Assembly: GCA_964016885.1 (NCBI GenBank)
Contig: OZ024744.1
Location: 13,764,001-13,828,000 of the forward strand
Origin: Eledone cirrhosa
Lineage: Eukaryota
Length of the DNA stretch: 64,000 nucleotides
Direction: 5' to 3'
Positions 56,001 through 64,000 of the stretch are shown here, in pieces. Both the position numbers and the translations under genes were made by a program. Every line of letters begins with the position of its first letter. Within the stretch, counting starts at the first letter, position 1. The notes beneath the pieces were generated by a model, which saw nothing but the letters and a program-made list of their open reading frames with translations, was not told the origin of the DNA and searched no databases.

Positions 56001-59000
56001 TAGCGTGTCATTCCAGTTAAAGCTACTCTCTAAATTGAGAGATCACAACTCCCATACTATGGACATGTGGTTAGAATGTCTCAGTAGATCAGAGTGTCAC
56101 TCCAGTTAAAGCCACTCTCTAAATTGAGAGATCACAACTCCCATACTATGGACATGTGGTTAGAATGTCTCAGCAGATCAGAGAGTCACTCCAGTTAAAG
56201 CCACTCTCTAAATTGAGAGATCACAACTCCAATACTATGGACATGTGGTTAGAATGTCTCAGTAGATCAGAGACTCATTCCAGTTAAAGCCACTCTCTAA
56301 ATTGAGAGATCACAACTCCCATACTATGGACGTGTGGTTAGAATGTCTCAGTAGATCAGAGAATCACTCCAGTTAAAGCTACACTCTAAATTGAGAGATC
56401 ACATCTCCCATAATATGGACATGTGGTTAGAATGTCTCAGTAGATCAGAGAGTCACTCTTGTTAAAGCTACTCTCTAAATTGAGAGATCACAACTCCTAT
56501 ACTATGGACATGGGGTTAGAATGTCGCAGTAGATCAGAGTGTCACTCTAGTTAAAGCCACTCTCTAAATTGAGAGATCACAACTCCCAAACTATGGACAT
56601 GTCGTTAGAATGTCTCAGTAGATCAGAGAGTCACTCCAGTTAAAGCTAATCTCTAAATTGAGAGATCACAACTCCAATGCTATGGACATGGGGTTTGAAT
56701 GTCTCAGTAGATCAGAGAGTCGCTCAAGTTAAAGCCACTCTCTAAATTGAGAGATCACAACTCCAATACTATGGACATGTGGTTAGAATGTCTCAGTAGA
56801 TCAGAGAGTCACTTCAGTTAAAGCTACGCTCTAAATTGAGAGATCACAACTCCAATACTATGGACATGGGGTTTGAAAGTCTCAGTAGATCAGAGTGTCA
56901 CTCCAGTTAAAGCTACTCTCTAAATTGAGAGATTACAACTCCAATACTATGGACATGTGGTTAGAATGTCTCAGTAGATCAGAGTGTCACTCCAGTTAAA
57001 GCTACTCTCTAAATTGAGAGATTACAACTCCAATACTTTGGACGTGGGGTTTGAATGACTCAGTAGCTCAGAGAGTCACTCCAGTTAAAGCTACTCTCTA
57101 AATTGAGAGATCACAACTCCCAAACTATGGACATGTGGTTAGAATGTCTCAGTAGATCAGAGAGTCATTCCAGTTAAAGCCACTCTCTAAATTCAGAGAT
57201 CACAACTCCCATACTCTGGACGTGTGGTTAGAATGTCTCAGTACATCAGAGAATCACTCCAGTTAAAACTACTCTCTAAATTGAGAGATCACAACTCCCA
57301 TACTATGGACATGTGATTAGAATGTCTCAGTAGATCAGAGAGTCACTCCAGTTAAAGCTACTCTCTAAATTGAGAGATCACAACTCCCATACTATGGACA
57401 TGTGGTTAGAATGTCTCAGTAGATCAGAGAGTCATTCCAGTTAAAGCCACTCTCTAAATTGAGAGATCACAACTCCCGTACTATGGACGTGTGGTTAGAA
57501 TGTCTCAGTAGATCAGAGAATCACTCCAGTTAAAGCTACACTCTAAATTGAGAGATCACATCTCCCATAATTTGGACATGTGGTTAGAATGTCTCAGTAG
57601 ATCAGAGAGTCACTCTTGTTAAAGCTACTCTCTAAATTGAGAGATCACAACTCCTATACTATGGACATGGGGTTAGAATGTCTCAGTAGATCAGAGTGTC
57701 ACTCTAGTTAAAGCCACTCTCTAAATTGAGAGATCACAACTCCCAAACTATGGACATGTCGTTAGAATGTCTCAGTAGATCAGAGAGTCACTCCAGTTAA
57801 AGCTAATCTCTAAATTGAGAGATCACAACTCCAATGCTATGGACATGGGGTTTGAATGTCTCAGTAGATCAGAGAGTCGCTCAAGTTAAAGCCACTCTCT
57901 AAATTGAGAGATCACAACTCCAATACTATGGACATGTGGTTAGAATGTCTCAGTAGATCAGAGAGTCACTCTTGTTAAAGCTACTCTCTAAATTGAGAGA
58001 TCACAACTGCTATACTATGGACATGGGGTTAGAATGTCTCAGTAGATCAGAGTGTCACTCCAGTTAAAGCCACTCTCTAAATTGAGAGATCACAACTCCC
58101 AAACTATGGACATGTCGTTAGAATGTCTCAGTAGATCAGAGAGTCACTCCAGTAAAAGCCACTCTCTAAATAGAGAGATCACAACTCCAATACTATGGAC
58201 ATGGTGTTTGAAAGTCTCAGTAGATTAGAGTGTCACTCCAGTTAAAGCTACTCTCTAAATTTAGAGATCACAACTCCAATACTATGGACATGGGGTTTGA
58301 ATGCCTCAGTAGATCAGAGAGTCGCTCAAGTTAAAGCCACTCTCTAAATTGAGAGATCACAACTCCCATACTATGGACATGTGGGTAGAATGTCTCAGTA
58401 GATCAGAGAGTCACTCCAGTTAAAGCCACTAATTCTCTAAATTGAGAGATCACAACTTCCATACTATGGACATGTGGTTAGAATGTCTCAGTAGATCAGA
58501 GAGTCACTCTTGTTAAAGCTACTCTCTAAATTGAGAGATCACAACTCCTATACTATGGACATGTGGTTAGAATGTCTCAGTAGATCAGAGTTCACTCCAG
58601 TTAAAGCCACTCTCTAAATTGAGAGATCACAACTCCTATACTATGGACATGGGGTTTGAATGTCTCAGTAGATTAGAGAGTCACTCCATTTAAAGCCACT
58701 CTCTAAATTGAGAGATCACAACTCCTATACTATGGACATGGGGTTTGAATGTCTCAGTAGATTAGAGAGTCACTCCAGTTAAAGCCACTCTCTAAATTGA
58801 GAGATCACAACTCGAATACTATGGACATGGGGTTTGAACGTCTCAGTACATCAGAGTGTCACTCCAGTTAAAGTTACTCTCTAAATTGAGAGATCGCAAC
58901 TCCAATACTATGGACATGTGGTTAGAATGTCTCAGTAGATCAGAGTGTCACTCCAGTTAAAGCTACTTTCTAAATTGAGAGATTACAACTCCAATACTAT

Positions 59001-62000
59001 GGACGTGGGGTTTGAATGACTCAGTAGCTCAGAGAGTCACTCCAGTTAAAGCTACTCTCTAAATTGAGAGATCACAACTCCCAAACTATGGACATGTGGT
59101 TAGAATGTCTCAGTAGATCAGAGAGTCATTCCAGTTAAAGCCACTCTCTAAATTCAGAGATCACAACTCCCATACTCTGGACGTGTGGTTAGAATGTCTC
59201 AGTACATCAGAGAATCACTCCAGTTAAAACTACTCTCTAAATTGAGAGATCACAACTCCCATACTATGGACATGTGATTAGAATGTCTCAGTAGATCAGA
59301 AAGTCACTCCAGTTAAAGCTACTCTCTAAATTGAGAGATCACAACTACCATACTATGGACATGTGGTTAGAATGTCTCAGTAGATCAGAGAGTCACTCCA
59401 GTTAAAGCCACTCTCTAAATTGAGAGATCACAACTCCCATACTATGGACATGTGGTTAGAATGTCTCAGTTGATCAGAGTGTCACTCCAGTTAAAGTTAC
59501 TCTCTAAATTGAGAGATCACAACTCCAATACTATGGACATGGGGTTTGAATGTCTCAGTAGATCAGAGAGTCGCTCCATTTAAAGCCACTCTCTAAATTG
59601 AGAGATCACAACTCCAATAATATGGACATGTGGTTAGAATGTCTCAGTAGATCAGAGTGTCACTCCAGTTAAAGCTACTCTCTAAATTGGGAGATTACAA
59701 CTCCAATACTATGGACATGGGTTTTGAATGTCTCTGTAGATCAGAGAGTCACTCCAGTTAAAGCTACTCTCTAAATTGAGAGATCACAACTCCCATACTA
59801 TGGACATGTGGTTAGAATGTCTCAGTAGATCAGAGAGTCATTCCAGTTAAAGCCACTCTCTAAATTGAGAGATCACAACTCCCATACTATGGACGTGTGG
59901 TTAGAATGTCTCAGTAGATCAGAGAATCACTCCAGTTAAAGCTACTCTCTAAATTGAGAGATCACAACTCCCTAACTATGGACATGTGGTTAGAATGTCT
60001 CAGTAGATCAGAGAGTCACTCCAGTTAAAGCCACTCTGTAAATTGAGAGATCACAACTCCCAATACTCTGGACGTGTGGTTAGAATGTCTCAGTACATCA
60101 GAGAATCACTCCAGTTAAAACTACTCTCTAAATTGAGAGATCACAACTCCCATACTATGGACATGTGGTTAGAATGTCTCAGTAGATTAGAGTGTCATTC
60201 CAGTTAAAGCTACTCTCTAAATTGAGAGATCACAACTCCCATACTATGGACATGTGGTTAGAATGTCTCAGTAGATCAGAGTGTCACTCCAGTTAAAGCC
60301 ACTCTCTAAATTGAGAGATCACAACTCCCATACTATGGACATGTGGTTAGAATGTCTCAGCAGATCAGAGAGTCACTCCAGTTAAAGCCACTCTCTAAAT
60401 TGAGAGATCACAACTCCAATACTATGGACATGTGGTTAGAATGTCTCAGTAGATCAGAGACTCATTCCAGTTAAAGCCACTCTCTAAATTGAGAGATCAC
60501 AACTCCCGTACTATGGACGTGTGGTTAGAATGTCTCAGTAGATCAGAGAATCACTCCAGTTAAAGCTACACTCTAAATTGAGAGATCACATCTCCCATAA
60601 TTTGGACATGTGGTTAGAATGTCTCAGTAGATCAGAGAGTCACTCTTGTTAAAGCTACTCTCTAAATTGAGAGATCACAACTCCTATACTATGGACATGG
60701 GGTTAGAATGTCTCAGTAGATCAGAGTGTCACTCTAGTTAAAGCCACTCTCTAAATTGAGAGATCACAACTCCCAAACTATGGACATGTCGTTAGAATGT
60801 CTCAGTAGATCAGAGAGTCACTCCAGTTAAAGCTAATCTCTAAATTGAGAGATCACAACTCCAATGCTATGGACATGGGGTTTGAATGTCTCAGTAGATC
60901 AGAGAGTCGCTCAAGTTAAAGCCACTCTCTAAATTGAGAGATCACAACTCCAATACTATGGACATGTGGTTAGAATGTCTCAGTAGATCAGAGAGTCACT
61001 CTTGTTAAAGCTACTCTCTAAATTGAGAGATCACAACTGCTATACTATGGACATGGGGTTAGAATGTCTCAGTAGATCAGAGTGTCACTCCAGTTAAAGC
61101 CACTCTCTAAATTGAGAGATCACAACTCCCAAACTATGGACATGTCGTTAGAATGTCTCAGTAGATCAGAGAGTCACTCCAGTAAAAGCCACTCTCTAAA
61201 TAGAGAGATCACAACTCCAATACTATGGACATGGTGTTTGAAAGTCTCAGTAGATTAGAGTGTCACTCCAGTTAAAGCTACTCTCTAAATTTAGAGATCA
61301 CAACTCCAATACTATGGACATGGGGTTTGAATGCCTCAGTAGATCACAGAGTCGCTCAAGTTAAAGCCACTCTCTAAATTGAGAGATCACAACTCCCATA
61401 CTATGGACATGTGGGTAGAATGTCTCAGTAGATCAGAGAGTCACTCCAGTTAAAGCCACTAATTCTCTAAATTGAGAGATCACAACTTCCATACTATGGA
61501 CATGTGGTTAGAATGTCTCAGTAGATCAGAGAGTCACTCTTGTTAAAGCTACTCTCTAAATTGAGAGATCACAACTCCTATACTATGGACATGTGGTTAG
61601 AATGTCTCAGTAGATCAGAGTTCACTCCAGTTAAAGCCACTCTCTAAATTGAGAGATCACAACTCCTATACTATGGACATGGGGTTTGAATGTCTCAGTA
61701 GATTAGAGAGTCACTCCATTTAAAGCCACTCTCTAAATTGAGAGATCACAACTCGAATACTATGGACATGGGGTTTGAACGTCTCAGTACATCAGAGTGT
61801 CACTCCAGTTAAAGTTACTCTCTAAATTGAGAGATCGCAACTCCAATACTATGGACATGTGGTTAGAATGTCTCAGTAGATCAGAAAGTCACTCCAGTTA
61901 AAGCTACTCTCTAAATTGAGAGATCACAACTCCCATACTATGGACATGTGGTTAGAATGTCTCAGTAGATCAGAGAGTCACTCCAGTTAAAGCCACTCTC

Positions 62001-64000
62001 TAAATTGAGAGATCACAACTCCCATACTATGGACATGTGGTTAGAATGTCTCAGTTGATCAGAGTGTCACTCCAGTTAAAGTTACTCTCTAAATTGAGAG
62101 ATCACAACTCCAATACTATGGACATGGGGTTTGAATGTCTCAGTAGATCAGAGAGTCGCTCCATTTAAAGCCACTCTCTAAATTGAGAGATCACAACTCC
62201 AATAATATGGACATGTGGTTAGAATGTCTCAGTAGATCAGAGTGTCACTCCAGTTAAAGCTACTCTCTAAATTGGGAGATTACAACTCCAATACTATGGA
62301 CATGGGTTTTGAATGTCTCTGTAGATCAGAGAGTCACTCCAGTTAAAGCTACTCTCTAAATTGAGAGATCACAACTCCCATACTATGGACATGTGGTTAG
62401 AATGTCTCAGTAGATCAGAGAGTCATTCCAGTTAAAGCCACTCTCTAAATTGAGAGATCACAACTCCCATACTATGGACGTGTGGTTAGAATGTCTCAGT
62501 AGATCAGAGAATCACTCCAGTTAAAGCTACTCTCTAAATTGAGAGATCACAACTCCCTAACTATGGACATGTGGTTAGAATGTCTCAGTAGATCAGAGAG
62601 TCACTCCAGTTAAAGCCACTCTGTAAATTGAGAGATCACAACTCCCAATACTCTGGACGTGTGGTTAGAATGTCTCAGTACATCAGAGAATCACTCCAGT
62701 TAAAACTACTCTCTAAATTGAGAGATCACAACTCCCATACTATGGACATGTGGTTAGAATGTCTCAGTAGATTAGAGTGTCATTCCAGTTAAAGCTACTC
62801 TCTAAATTGAGAGATCACAACTCCCATACTATGGACATGTGGTTAGAATGTCTCAGTAGATCAGAGTGTCACTCCAGTTAAAGCCACTCTCTAAATTGAG
62901 AGATCACAACTCCCATACTATGGACATGTGGTTAGAATGTCTCAGCAGATCAGAGAGTCACTCCAGTTAAAGCCACTCTCTAAACTGAGAGATCACAACT
63001 CCAATACTATGGACATGTGGTTAGAATGTCTCAGTAGATCAGAGACTCATTCCAGTTAAAGCCACTCTCTAAATTGAGAGATCACAACTCCCGTACTATG
63101 GACGTGTGGTTAGAATGTCTCAGTAGATCAGAGAATCACTCCAGTTAAAGCTACACTCTAAATTGAGAGATCACATCTCCCATAATATGGACATGTGGTT
63201 AGAATGTCTCAGTAGATCAGAGAGTCACTCTTGTTAAAGCTACTCTCTAAATTGAGAGATCACAACTCCTATACTATGGACATGGGGTTAGAATGTCGCA
63301 GTAGATCAGAGTGTCACTCTAGTTAAAGCCACTCTCTAAATTGAGAGATCACAACTCCCAAACTATGGACATGTCGTTAGAATGTCTCAGTAGATCAGAG
63401 AGTCACTCCAGTTAAAGCTAATCTCTAAATTGAGAGATCACAACTCCAATGCTATGGACATGGGGTTTGAATGTCTCAGTAGATCAGAGAGTCGCTCAAG
63501 TTAAAGCCACTCTCTAAATTGAGAGATCACAACTCCAATACTATGGACATGTGGTTAGAATGTCTCAGTAGATCAGAGAGTCACTCTTGTTAAAGCTACT
63601 CTCTAAATTGAGAGATCACAACTGCTATACTATGGACATGGGGTTAGAATGTCTCAGTAGATCAGAGTGTCACTCCAGTTAAAGCCACTCTCTAAATTGA
63701 GAGATCACAACTCCCAAACTATGGACATGTCGTTAGAATGTCTCAGTAGATCAGAGAGTCACTCCAGTAAAAGCCACTCTCTAAATAGAGAGATCACAAC
63801 TCCAATAGTATGGACATGGTGTTTGAAAGTCTCAGTAGATTAGAGTGTCACTCCAGTTAAAGCTACTCTCTAAATTGAGAGATCACAACTCCAATACTAT
63901 GGACATGGGGTTTGAATGCCTCAGTAGATCAGAGAGTCGCTCAAGTTAAAGCCACTCTCTAAATTGAGAGATCACAACTCCCATACTATGGACATGTGGG
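50100..64000 (+). repeat. Recently homogenised higher-order domain with offsets 1961, 2496, 2585 and 6683 bp (22, 28, 29 and 75 monomers plus indels)
   Basis: AATGACTCAGTAGCTCAG at 50371, 52332, 54828, 57054 and 59015. GACTCATT at 53776, 56272, 60459 and 63044. TAGCGTG at 53505 and 56001. Confidence 0.88.

Larger units (their letters stand above)
1..64000 (+). repeat. Satellite DNA: tandem array of an 89-bp monomer (~718 copies, single orientation), extending beyond both window ends
   Basis: GAATGTCTCAG recurs at 2, 91, 180 and onward with period 89 to the end of the window. Monomers typically differ from consensus by only a few substitutions. I saw no non-satellite interruption. Confidence 0.99.

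Noticed and set aside
1-64000. CRISPR array or other repeat-spacer system
   Set aside because: There are no unique spacers. The entire 89 bp is repeated with only point variants, and there is no leader or cas gene.
1-64000. Repetitive protein-coding ORF
   Set aside because: The consensus has stops in all three frames on + (TAG at monomer position 12, TAA at 34, TAA at 47) and all three on -. The period 89 is also not a multiple of 3.
1-64000. CENP-B box
   Set aside because: The TTCG....A..CGGG pattern needs two CpGs and the consensus has none.
1-64000. Strict 178-bp A/B dimer, strand switches or transposon insertions
   Set aside because: Variant alleles do not alternate regularly between adjacent monomers. 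I saw no reverse-oriented or non-satellite sequence by eye.

Overview
The whole 64 kb window is one uninterrupted head-to-tail tandem array of an 89-bp monomer. It holds about 718 copies, all in one orientation, at about 40% GC. The consensus is GAATGTCTCAGTAGATCAGAGAGTCACTCCAGTTAAAGCTACTCTCTAAATTGAGAGATCACAACTCCCATACTATGGACATGTGGTTA. This is eukaryotic-type satellite DNA, possibly centromeric or pericentromeric, but I do not recognise the family or organism. I saw no genes, RNA genes, transposons or unique sequence, and the consensus has stop codons in all six frames. The interesting content is structural. (1) Diagnostic variants reveal a degenerate higher-order repeat of roughly 28-32 monomers, with nested multi-kb duplications. 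(2) The monomer is built from three quasi-palindromes, and many variants perfect them. (3) The monomer shows traces of an ancestral ~44-bp dimer. (4) Young homogenised zones sit next to older, more diverged zones. I found no gene-encoded novel system. All offsets were counted by hand, and block boundaries are approximate.
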